From Octopus sinensis (taxonomy: Eukaryota), in contig NC_043004.1 in NCBI RefSeq assembly GCF_006345805.1, positions 56,358,001-56,422,000 on the forward strand: DNA of 64,000 nt, written 5' to 3'. A program made the position numbers and the translations under genes. Below, piece by piece: positions 54,080-64,000 of the stretch (the stretch's first letter is position 1; every line of letters starts with the position of its first letter). The notes under the pieces were generated by a model. The model made no database searches, was not told where the DNA came from, and saw only the letters and a program-made list of their open reading frames with translations.

Positions 54080-56042
54080 TAGTTTTATTTTTATAGCGTG
54101 CTTTCACTTCACTACCTAGCGCAGCTCTGTGTGCCTTGGGTATGTGCTGTGATTTGTTCTGATGCTCTGATGGTTATTGTATGGAAAGTGTTCTGCGTAG
54201 GATGTGTGCAGTGCCTAGTAGTGCAATTTTCTGTATGTTATATGTGTTTGTAAGTCCTGGTGTTTTTGTTATGTATTTGTCTGAATATTTTTTTATCATG
54301 CCTAATGCGCCTACTGTGATAGGAATTGTTTCTGTTTTCAGGTTCCACATTCTAGTTACCTCTATTTCCAGGTCTTTGTATTTTGAGAGTTTCTCCATTT
54401 CTTTTAGAGACACGTTGTCATCTGCCGGTATTGATACATCAATTAGAAAGCATTTTTTTTCTTCATGATCTCTGACAACTATATCTGGTCTGTTGGCCTT
54501 AATTTCTCTATCTGTGTGTATCGGCATATCCCAGAGTATGGTTGCTTTCTCGTTTTCTTTGACATTTTCTGGTGTGTGCCTATACCATCTTTTTTCTATT
54601 GTTATTCCATAATGTTGGCATAGCTTCCAATGTATGTAGGTTCCAACTCTGTCATGTCTGTGAATATATTCCTTCTTAGCCAGGACTGGGCAGCTAGAGA
54701 TAATATGATTTATTGTTTCTTGTCCATCTCCACATATTCTGCAGTTACTTGTAATATTTCTTTTCATTACATGTTTTTGGTAATTTCTGGTGGGGAGGCT
54801 TTGGTCTTGTGCTGCAATTAAAAATCTCTCTGTTTCTGCTTTGAGTCCTGAGCTTCTCAACCATTGCTGGGATTTTTCTTTGTCTATTTCTTTTGCGTTT
54901 AGTTTAGTGCAGTATTTACCATGAAGGGGCTTTTCTTGCCATCGTTTTATCATGGCTCGTTGCTGTTCTATTTTTAGTTTGGATTTCATTTGTTTTATAG
55001 CTTTTGTTGTTTCTTCATCATCTTCTTCTTCTTTGTGTTTATTAGGTGGTATGATTTCTTGTTTGTATTTGTCAGCTTCCTTAAATACTGAGAACAGCTT
55101 TTTGTTTTGCTCGTGTTTTGCTGCTATCTGGATCAGTTTTCCTTCCTTCTGAAGTAGGTATTTTTGCAGTCCTATGGTGGTTATTTTATAGTAGTTTTCC
55201 AGCTGTATAAGGCCTCTACCACCTTCTATACGTTGTATATATAGTCTTTCTATGTCAGATTTTGGGTGATGCATCCTAGATCCTGTCAGTATTTTTCTTG
55301 TTTTCCTATCTATTTTGGTCAGTTCATTTCGTGTCCAGTTAAGGATATTGTAGCTGTAATTTATAACTGGGACAGCTAAAGTGTTGATACCTATTATCTT
55401 GTTTTTAGCATTGAGCTCTGTTTTTAGTATTGATCTAACTCGTCTATAATATTCTTTTTTTATTTTCTCTTTCATTTGTGTGTGTTGTGTCTTATCTAGT
55501 TCATGGATTCCTAAGTATTTGTAAGTTTGGCTTTGGTCTAATTCTTTTATTTCATTGGTTTTATCTAGTGTGATGTTGTTACTCTTAACTAGTTTTCCTC
55601 TTTTCATGGTTACTTTGGCGCATTTTTCTAATCCAAATTTCATATCTATTTCTTTGGTAAATCCATGAACTGTCTTTAATAGTGTTTCCAGCTGTTTGTC
55701 ATTTGCAGCGTATAGTTTTAGGTCATCCATATATAAAAGGTGGCTGATCGTTTTGCCGTAACATTTATATCCGCATCCAGTTCTATTTCGCATATCAGAT
55801 AGAGGTGACAGTGCCAAGCAGAAAAGGAGTGGAATGAGCGTGTCTCCCTGGAATATTCCTCTTCTAATGGGGATGTCTTTGGTTTTCATGAGTCCCTCTT
55901 TTGTTTGGAGGTGTAGGACTGTTTGCCATTTATTCATAGAGTGCTCTATGAATTTTATGATTGTTGGTGCTACTTTGTTAATGGCTAGTGTTTCGAGGAT
56001 CCATGTGTGGGGGATGCTATCAAACGCCTTTTTGTAGTCAAT
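54076..56042 (-). mobile_element. R4/Dong-type non-LTR retrotransposon, 5'-truncated, in (TAA)n
   Basis: RT + zinc-knuckle + RLE ORF with a ~100-nt 3' UTR. Both junctions are AAT/ATT microsatellite. Confidence 0.9.
54174..56042 (-). CDS. RT (from DYKKAFD) + CCHC + restriction-like endonuclease, uninterrupted
   Basis: DYKKAFDS, RGIFQGD, YMDD, YKYLG, CRIC...HIISSC, RHD, RPDIV..LIDVSIP, VGALG. The N-terminus of the track ORF (to 56141) is read from flanking microsatellite. Confidence 0.92.
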   Translation of the reverse strand: MDYKKAFDSIPHTWILETLAINKVAPTIIKFIEHSMNKWQTVLHLQTKEGLMKTKDIPIRRGIFQGDTLIPLLFCLALSPLSDMRNRTGCGYKCYGKTISHLLYMDDLKLYAANDKQLETLLKTVHGFTKEIDMKFGLEKCAKVTMKRGKLVKSNNITLDKTNEIKELDQSQTYKYLGIHELDKTQHTQMKEKIKKEYYRRVRSILKTELNAKNKIIGINTLAVPVINYSYNILNWTRNELTKIDRKTRKILTGSRMHHPKSDIERLYIQRIEGGRGLIQLENYYKITTIGLQKYLLQKEGKLIQIAAKHEQNKKLFSVFKEADKYKQEIIPPNKHKEEEDDEETTKAIKQMKSKLKIEQQRAMIKRWQEKPLHGKYCTKLNAKEIDKEKSQQWLRSSGLKAETERFLIAAQDQSLPTRNYQKHVMKRNITSNCRICGDGQETINHIISSCPVLAKKEYIHRHDRVGTYIHWKLCQHYGITIEKRWYRHTPENVKENEKATILWDMPIHTDREIKANRPDIVVRDHEEKKCFLIDVSIPADDNVSLKEMEKLSKYKDLEIEVTRMWNLKTETIPITVGALGMIKKYSDKYITKTPGLTNTYNIQKIALLGTAHILRRTLSIQ

Positions 56043-56061
56043 AATAATAATAATAATAATA

Positions 56062-56102
<41 letters not shown>

Positions 56103-56944
56103 CATTATTACGGACTTATAATCACACGAAGTCGCATACACTTATGATTGAGTACAGTAGCAGCTGTTAAACTGGGGTCATTGTTATTGGTAGGAGTATT
56201 GGGTAATAAATAAGGTGGCAATGAAAAATGCAGTGTTTTCTTAAGCAACGTTCATAATCAGCAATCACTGATGCACGTGCTTTAATGTAATTATTGTAAT
56301 TATTGTCGTGAATCCCGACCATCTTCCAGCCACGAGACCGCCAGACCGTAGGCTTTCGAGCTCTTTATGCTCATTCTCGGTGGTGGATACTCGTTTGCGC
56401 AGAGATAGCAGCAGTTTACTCCTGCGCCTTAAGAAAATAAGTGACGCTGAGTCACCGATCTTGTAACTAGAAAATTAGCTAGTTGGAAAATCTCAATAAG
56501 AGATGAATGATAGCAGTAACTATACTGATAAGAGTTCGAAACCGCACTGTCTGGTGGTCTCATATCTGGAAGATGGTAGGGGTTTCACTTCCCGAATTGT
56601 AATATATATATCGGGTGCAGAATGAATCGAATAACAAACTGGTGAAGACGTCCTCCTGGGGTTAAAAATGGTAGTAACATCGTTTCCTAAGGAATAGCCA
56701 TGTTGAAGTAGCGATAAACATTAATTCTTTCATTTATTTTGTAGCTTAGTGGTTATTAGATTTACAACCATACTGAACCACTAACTTCATAGCTCAATTT
56801 AGCATATCACCCTCACTACATATCTTTAAACCTCCTTCTCCTCTTCCTCCTCTTCCTCCTCTTACTCCTCCTCCTCCTCCTCCTCCTCCTCCTCCTCATC
56901 ATCATCATCATTATTCTCATTATTATTATCATTAGCAAAAAAAG

Positions 56945-57312
56945 AGAAGAGTGCCATTGTCATCAAGTAAGCGATATTTTGACATCTCGTGTATCTTCCA
57001 CAGGTTAAAAAAATAAACGTGTCAATCTACTTCATTTTGGTTAAGATTTATAGGATTGAGGTAACTCCTCTGCAAGATATTGAAGCAAAAAAAGCAAAGA
57101 TGAATGCCATTGTCATTGCCATCTTTTCTTTGCTTCTATATTTTCTGGGGGAGTTACTTCAGTCCTATAAATATTAACCAAAATGAAATACACTGACACG
57201 TTTATTTTCTGAACTTGTGGAAGACACACGAGATGTTGAAATATCTTTCACTTGATGACAATAGCACTCTTCTTTTATTGCTTCTATATCTTCTGGAGGA
57301 GTTACCTCAATC
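56945..57312. repeat. Imperfect fold-back centred near 57110
   Basis: 56945-57105 and 57115-57312 are diverged reverse complements, each containing a partial tandem of the same unit. Confidence 0.75.
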
Positions 57313-57313
57313 A

Positions 57314-57360
<47 letters not shown>

Positions 57361-57361
<1 letters not shown>

Positions 57362-58760
57362 ACATTTGATAGTTTCAGGCGATTTCTACCGCATTACCTG
57401 TTGCACCTTCTTGTTGCAGAGGTGTGGTCTTTTGATGAATTACTGTGTTGTGTGTGTAATGCGTTGCGTAAGGAACTGCTGGTGGTAGTATATTTTATTG
57501 GATATCCGCTATGTAGCGTGTGCCATATGTTTGCAAATTGTTTTCAGTTGTATTATTGAATTGATAGTGTCGTGCTTAGAATGTGGGCTGTTCCTAGTAG
57601 GGCTATTTTTTGGATAGTGGCTAGTGTCGAGGATCCAATTATTGCTTTTCAGTTGTTGTTCATATGTTTTTTTTTAATCATGCCCGGTGCACCAATTATT
57701 AATGGTAATGTTTGCCCCCTTCATGGTCCACATCTTGAACACCTTAGTTTCGAGGTCTTTGTACTTTGACAATTTTTCCACTTTTTCTTAGGCTCACTTC
57801 TCTGTCAAGCTTTGCAGCGATTTTTCTCTTCATTCCTTGTTTAGTAAGTTTTGTAGTTCCGTTTTCATGATTTTTGTCTCTTTCACTATTTCTGTTATGT
57901 TGTCATCTGAGGTCAGTGTATCATAGTTTATTTTTTGTATTGTATTTTGTCGCCTCCATGTGTATAGAAATAGCGTTTTCTATATCTCATGCTGTTTTAT
58001 TACATGTAGAAGTCTTCTATTTTCTTTTTGTTTTACGTACTTTTCTAGTCCAACTGTCGTTATTTTATAATAGTTCTCTATCTATATCAGGCCACGGCCT
58101 CCTTCTGTTCGGGATAAATATATTCTATCTGCGTCTTCTTTGGGGTAGTAACCTCGGTATGCTGATAATACCCTTCCTAGTAGCGCTGTTTGTTGGATAT
58201 TGTATAATGTTGAAGGTCCAGGTATGGCTTCAATGCTTTTCTACATACCCAATGCTCTAATTATTAATGACATTATTTTGTCCTTCGTGCTCCACATCTT
58301 GAATACTTCAGTTCTGAGGTCTTTGTACTTTGACAATTTCTCCAGTTCTTTTCGGACAATATTTTGGTCATAAGGGACCGTAGTGTCTATCAATAAGCAA
58401 GTACTTTTTCCAGTCCTTGATTGTTACGTCTGTGCGAGTAGCTTTTATTTGTTTGTCCGTTTGAACAGGCATATCCCAGATATAAGAGCCTGGTCGTTCT
58501 CATGTTCTTTCTTTCGAACATGTTTAGACTATTTCTTGTTAGCTTTTATGCTGTTGTGTTGGCATATAGTCCAGTGGCTATAACCATATACTCGGTCATG
58601 TCTGTATATATATATGGATCTGGAAAGGACTGTGCAGCCAAAGATGCTATTACCTATTTGCTCATTGTGCTGGTTCGCACATTCTACATTTGATGCTGGG
58701 TCCTGTTTTCATTATTTTGCATTCATAGTTGTTTGCGGTTAGCCATTGGGGCTTGTGCAG
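57361..58760 (-). mobile_element. Decayed R4/Dong-type LINE (second subfamily)
   Basis: Minus-strand YPKEDADRIYLSRTEGGRGL..ENYYKITTVGL is homologous to the 54-kb ORF. 3' end abuts (ATT)n; internal deletions and duplication. Confidence 0.8.
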
Positions 58761-58859
58761 CGAGAGTCAGTTTTTCCATTTCTGGTTTTGATCCAGGCTT
58801 TAGAGCCATTGTTAACTTTTACTTAGGCTCAGTTCTCTGTCAAGCCGTTGTTGTTGTTG

Positions 58860-59490
58860 ACTTTGATTTACATCCATCCATCGATGATTAAATAGGTACC
58901 AGATTTATTTTCTTGTCCTGCCAAATTTTCTTCCTCTGCTCTCGCTCTGGTCTTTCTTAAATTGTGTTGGATCAACGGCTTCGTTCACTATTAAGGTTTC
59001 CTGCATTTCCACAGCCTCAATCATTTCTTCTTTACTCCCCTTGTCATATCAAACCAGACTATTCTACTCATGGGGTGTTTTCCTTGTTCATTGTCATTAC
59101 GTTACGTGTTCTACGGTCTATCTCTTGTAATTCATGCTACTCCCAAGATACTATTCCTGCCACATATCTCATCAAAGCAGCCGCTCTCGTGTTAATTGCT
59201 CTAATCTTATAGCGGCGATATAGTTTCAATTGGAGCACAAGCCGAATTTTCCTCAAATACTCTTTCCTGTACATTTCTTTCATCTTTTGTTCATTCATCT
59301 TATCTCTTTCAATTATACCCAGGTACTTATATCCTTCCTCTCCGACCTCCTTTATAGTTTCGTCACGTTCCAGCTTGATTCCATGGCTTTTACTGATTTT
59401 CCCCCTTTTCAGAATCGTTACACCACATTTCTGAATCCCAAATTCCATACCAACATCTTTGCTACTCATCTGCACAGTTGCCGTCAAACT
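58860..59490 (-). mobile_element. R4/Dong-type RT fragment
   Basis: ORF 59137-59487: MEFGIQKC..YKYLGI..KEYLRKIR..AINT. Confidence 0.8.
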
Positions 59491-59599
59491 CTACTGTAGT
59501 CTTTCATCACAAGTTTCTCTCACACGTTCTTCCTGTTTCTCTCTGTACGTGTATTCCAAGAGCCACACTCTGTGTCACACTGGATTACCCCCGAGAACT

Positions 59600-60094
59600 A
59601 CGTGCCAGAAATAGGGACTTGAAGCTGCAAACACATAGTGCAATCATCAAGTCGAAAGAGTACTGGAGTTGGAGTACTGTGAAATTTTGTAGAACTTTCC
59701 TATTCAAACCGACGAAAAGTTAGGAAATAATAGACCGTACATAACAATTATAGATAAGGAGAAGCGAAGTTGCTTATTTATCGGCCCATCATGCCCGCTT
59801 GATTCCAGGATCCCTTAAAATTTGAAATAGGAATAATTAGAGCGTGAGATCAGTAGGGGCCGTGTCTGTAGTAATTGGTGCACTGGGAAAAGTAAGCAAA
59901 GATATAGACCAATTGCTGAAGGAGATTGGAATAGAACGCCCGGCAGGGCATCTACAGGAACAGCAAGGATTATCAGGAAGGTTCTAACCACTTGAAAGAC
60001 AGTTGAAAACTTGTGGATACCTAGGGTTACAGGTAGTAACCCGCTACCCACATAAATCCTACCATGAATAAGACCGTCCCTGAACCAAACCGTA
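59600..60094 (+). mobile_element. R4/Dong-type RLE / 3' end with (AAT)n tail, inverted relative to 58860-59490
   Basis: Plus-strand FPIQTDEKLGNNRPYITIIDKEKRSCLFI and IGALG. Followed by (AAT)n at 60095. Confidence 0.7.
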
Positions 60095-60124
60095 AGAATA
60101 ATAATAATAATAATAATAATAATG

Positions 60125-60170
<46 letters not shown>

Positions 60171-60214
60171 TGATGATGATGATAACAGCAATAATATTAA
60201 CAATAATAATAATG

Positions 60215-60251
<37 letters not shown>

Positions 60252-60288
60252 CAATAACAACAACAATAACAACAACAACAACAACAAC

Positions 60289-60322
<34 letters not shown>

Positions 60323-60430
60323 GAGATGCTGGTGAAGATGATGGTGATGATGATGATGACGACGTCGTCGATGATGATGAGGATGACGACGAGGACAACG
60401 TCAATGATGATGATTATGATTATAATAATT
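60095..60430. repeat. (AAT)n/(GAT)n/(AAC)n array
   Basis: Direct reading. Confidence 0.95.
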
Positions 60431-61077
60431 AAATCGCAAACTAAAATATGTATCAATACAGTAGATAATAGAGAGATACCTAGTCATTTTCTATTCTCAA
60501 ATGGAACGTAAGCAAATGAGTAAGACAAAGCAGAAAAGGAAAATTAATAACCGCAATTAGAATACATAACCCAAAAGCAGATAGAGTTAGTTTGTGTTTG
60601 CCAGATATACAGAAATACATGCATTATAAACTGTTGTGAAACTACGAAATACTTATTAAAGGGCAGAGGTGAACAAACAGAAATAACCACAAATCATTAA
60701 CATTTTTTTTCCAAAGAAACCTGTTTTTTTCGTCTTCAAAGATGCCAGAAATATAAAACAAAGGATGAGATAATAGACAGCTGTTAGGAGAGTTGATAAA
60801 CAACAGCAAAAACTGTAAAGCAGAAAACTAGACTGAAAATCGGATTATAAAATCTTATGTTAAGCCGTTGACAAGAAAAGCCACTACATGGTCAATAGCT
60901 GACAAGATTTAAAAAATGGAACTGGATGAGAAAAGCATCAGCAATGGTTAATGGTGCAGAACTCAAGTGTTTTTTTATCGGGCCACAAACCAAAGACTGT
61001 GAATCAGAAAATACCAATAACATATGACGGAAAACCAAAAAATTAAAATAAGAACTGCTACAACATCAACAGCAATA

Positions 61078-61471
61078 TCTTTTTATATAAAAGTGAAGTT
61101 GTGTGTCTGTCTCCTACGATTTAGATTCCTAACTACTCCCACATTTTGCAGTGCAGTGTAACCAAAAGCGGGTATCTTATAGTCGTGATTCATATCGAGC
61201 CCTTCTGGGTATTAGCGCGCGTCTACGATGAGTCTACGATTTAAAAAAAAATTACCATAATTTTTTTCCATTTTAATGCATTTTTTTGCTATCATATAAG
61301 GGAAGTAACTCTCTAAAAGTGTATTATTAAATCTCAGAACGTAAAAAGCTACAGTAACACCCCCCCTTTGTGGTTAGCCATATTGAGATGGCTATTATAC
61401 TTTACATCTCTAAAAATGCTTATATAGTTATTTCCCTTACAAACCCGAGCAACGCCGGGCGATGCTGCTAG
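61078..61471 (+). mobile_element. Non-autonomous Helitron
   Basis: 5' TC after host A (61077), 3' CTAG before host T (61472), GC-rich hairpin cccgagcaacgccggg (61444-61459) 8 nt upstream of CTAG. No TSD. Confidence 0.8.
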
Positions 61472-61494
61472 TTAATAATAATCATCTTTCCGAT

Positions 61495-61675
61495 TTATAG
61501 CACATGGACAGCAGTTTTTAGGGAAAGCGGGGTCGATTAACTGGTAGTTATTTTATCGACGACCAAAGGAAAGAGGTTAAAGTTAACCTCAGAGGAATTT
61601 TAGATCAGAACATTAAAACGGACGAAATTCCTCTCAGCATTATGCCCGGCATGCTAACAATTCTGCTAGTTCGAC
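61495..61675 (-). mobile_element. Diverged SINE-like repeat, family 2
   Basis: ggtcgattaactggtagttattttatcgac..aacctc..gaattt motifs. Confidence 0.65.
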
Positions 61676-61789
61676 AACAACATCAACAGTTGCCGTGGCA
61701 CTCCGTCGGTTACGACGACGAGGGTTCCAGTTGATCCGATCAACGGAACAGCCTGCTCGTGAGATTAACATGGAAGTGACGTGTACTTC

Positions 61790-62400
61790 ATCCGCATCTA
61801 GTCCTGTTCAATTTGATATTCTTTTAAACTTCTATCTCGCTGTATACAGATTAATTGTGACGCCCTTTTGTCTTGGTTCTTTTGTACATTGTCTTTCCAC
61901 CTTTGTTAGACACTCTGTGCTTTCTTTATGTCTCGCCGGCCTGTTCCACAACCCTCCACAAAATCATTTACTTTCTTTTGCATCTGGAATCAGTTCCTGA
62001 CGTTTATCTCTCCCTCTGTTTCTTCAAATATACACCTTCTATTTGATTGAAACAGTCTATTCTATAAAAAACTTATGTATCTAGCACCATCTCTTTTCAG
62101 TTTGGCCTTAAATGCTGTCTCCTTTTCTGTCAATTCTTCATGTACTCTTTATTTTCCTTTTCTTCTAACCTGTTCTATCCATTCAATTTTCTGGTAACTG
62201 CTTTATTCTTGAGCTTCCTTCTCATTATCCTATTCAATTGCCCCAGTTCTGCCCGTCTATTTTCATGTTTCATTCGTATTCTCTTCCTCTGGTTTGGTTC
62301 TTTCTTTTTATTTGCTTTAATGTCTTCAGCTTTTCGCTGGAAGCCTATTACATCCGAGAAAGAAATTGAGAGTGGAGAATGAAGTGCTGTCCTCGAGCGA
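61790..62400 (-). mobile_element. Decayed pre-RT region of an R4/RTE-like LINE
   Basis: Minus-strand remnants EELTEKETAFKAKLKR, NRLFQSN and IPDAKESK.F..LW resemble the region N-terminal to RT in these LINEs. Confidence 0.55.
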
Positions 62401-62868
62401 GTTTATTGAAAGGAGAGTGAATGTTGCAAACAAGCCAAGGGTGAATGTTACGCCTCTAAGTGTAGACCTGTGAGAGTGTGTCGGAGAGAAAGAATTGGCG
62501 AGGGCACTTACTGTTGATATTCAGGAAAATCTCAGACTGAGGTTCCTCGATTATTCCTAGAAGTCATCATGTTTCAGAAGGGCTACATCTCTATCATTCT
62601 CCCCACCCTATATTTTTACCTTTCTATGCTATAAATATATGTCCCTTCCTTTCCAACGTATACTGAGCATAATTACCTTTTTTCTATCATTTCATTGTAA
62701 ACCCTTACTTTGTATTTGTCATTGTATCGCCCCCGTATATCTTCTTCTTCTTCTTCTTCTTCTTCTTTTTCTTCTTCTTCTTCTTCTTCTTCTTCTTCTT
62801 CTTCTTCTTCGTCTTCTTCTTTTTCTTCTTCTTCTTCTTCTTCTTCTTATTATTATTATTATCATTAT

Positions 62869-63254
62869 TCGGTAGTTTTATTTTTATAGCGTGCTTTCAC
62901 TTCACTACCGAGCACAGCTCTGTGTGCCTTGGGTATGTGCTGTGATTTGTTGTGATGCTCTGATGGTTATTGTATGGAAAGTGTTCTGCGTAGGATGTGT
63001 GCAGTGCCTAGTAGTGCAATTTTCTGTATGTTATATGTGTTTGTAAGTCCTGGTGTTTTTGTTATGTATTTGTCTGAATATTTTTTTATCATGCCTAATG
63101 CACCTACTATGATAGGAATTGTTTCTGTTTTCAGATTCCACATTCTAGTTACCTCTATTTCCAGGTCTTTGTATTTTGAGAGTTTCTCCATTTCTTTTAG
63201 AGAACGTTGTCATCTGCCGGTATTGACACATCAATTAGAAAGCATTTTTTTTTC

Positions 63255-63255
<1 letters not shown>
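62869..63255 (-). mobile_element. Short 3'-end copy of the 54-kb R4/Dong element, in (TAA)n
   Basis: Near-identical to 54076-~54460; (ATT)n on both flanks. Confidence 0.93.
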
Positions 63256-63306
<51 letters not shown>

Positions 63307-63641
63307 ATTATTATTATTATTATTATTATTATTATCATTATTTTTATTACAATCATATGACCACGAGCACATACCGTGAAACGGTATTTCATTAAGAAAC
63401 AATTGTTAGAATCTATGGATTTTCTAAAGCTGCCACTTTTATCAAACTACCCGATAATTCTACGACATGCAGTTGTCTAACTGAAAATATTAATGTAAAT
63501 AAGCAGCCACTGTCTTTTTGCACTACTAAAGAAGGTCAATAATATCCATATAATTGTTAATAGCCCATAATCTCCAATTTTCATGCACTAATTTTTGATA
63601 ATACTTAGCCTAATTCTGCCGTGGTCTGGCCAATATGCATG

Positions 63642-63687
<46 letters not shown>

Positions 63688-63713
63688 CACACGTAAATAT
63701 ACATATATATTCT

Positions 63714-63768
<55 letters not shown>

Positions 63769-63807
63769 GTGTGTGTATATATAAATATGTATATATATAT
63801 TTATATA

Positions 63808-63848
<41 letters not shown>

Positions 63849-64000
63849 ATATATGTGTATATATATAGGAAAAATGATAATGATAAGGTTGAATGCTAAA
63901 TTGAAAGTAAATTTTAATATAAATGGGTGTAATAAAAATTTAAAAATGGAAATCGAGCGGGAAACCGGCTTTCATGGCAAGGCAAATTTCAAGATTTGAA

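Overview
AT-rich, microsatellite-dense animal genomic DNA. The SINE and LINE repertoire looks to me like Octopus; this is from recall and was not checked against a database. I found no host gene I can support: the window reads as a large intron or intergenic region, and most ORF-track entries are microsatellite artefacts. Mobile elements: a decayed Mag-type Ty3/Gypsy element (LTR-gag-protease-RT), about 20 tRNA-derived SINE copies of at least 3 families, CR1-type LINE fragments, a cluster of R4/Dong-type LINEs with a restriction-like endonuclease (RLE) sitting in (TAA)n repeats, a mariner fragment, a non-autonomous Helitron, and three Penelope-like elements (PLEs), one with an uninterrupted RT + GIY-YIG frame. 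The main hidden signal is at RNA level. At least 8 type-I hammerhead ribozyme (HHR) motifs were parsed by eye, nearly all with a self-complementary helix III. They lie in PLE 3' UTRs and in short non-coding PLE/retrozyme-like elements, many inserted in (TA)n tracts and arranged as direct or inverted repeats. They include compensatory core variants (U3:A8 and G3:C8 beside canonical C3:G8). The best-preserved PLE also has a U-UUU-UUA slippery heptamer in phase between two overlapping ORFs. Folding, activity and family assignments were not computed and need checking.
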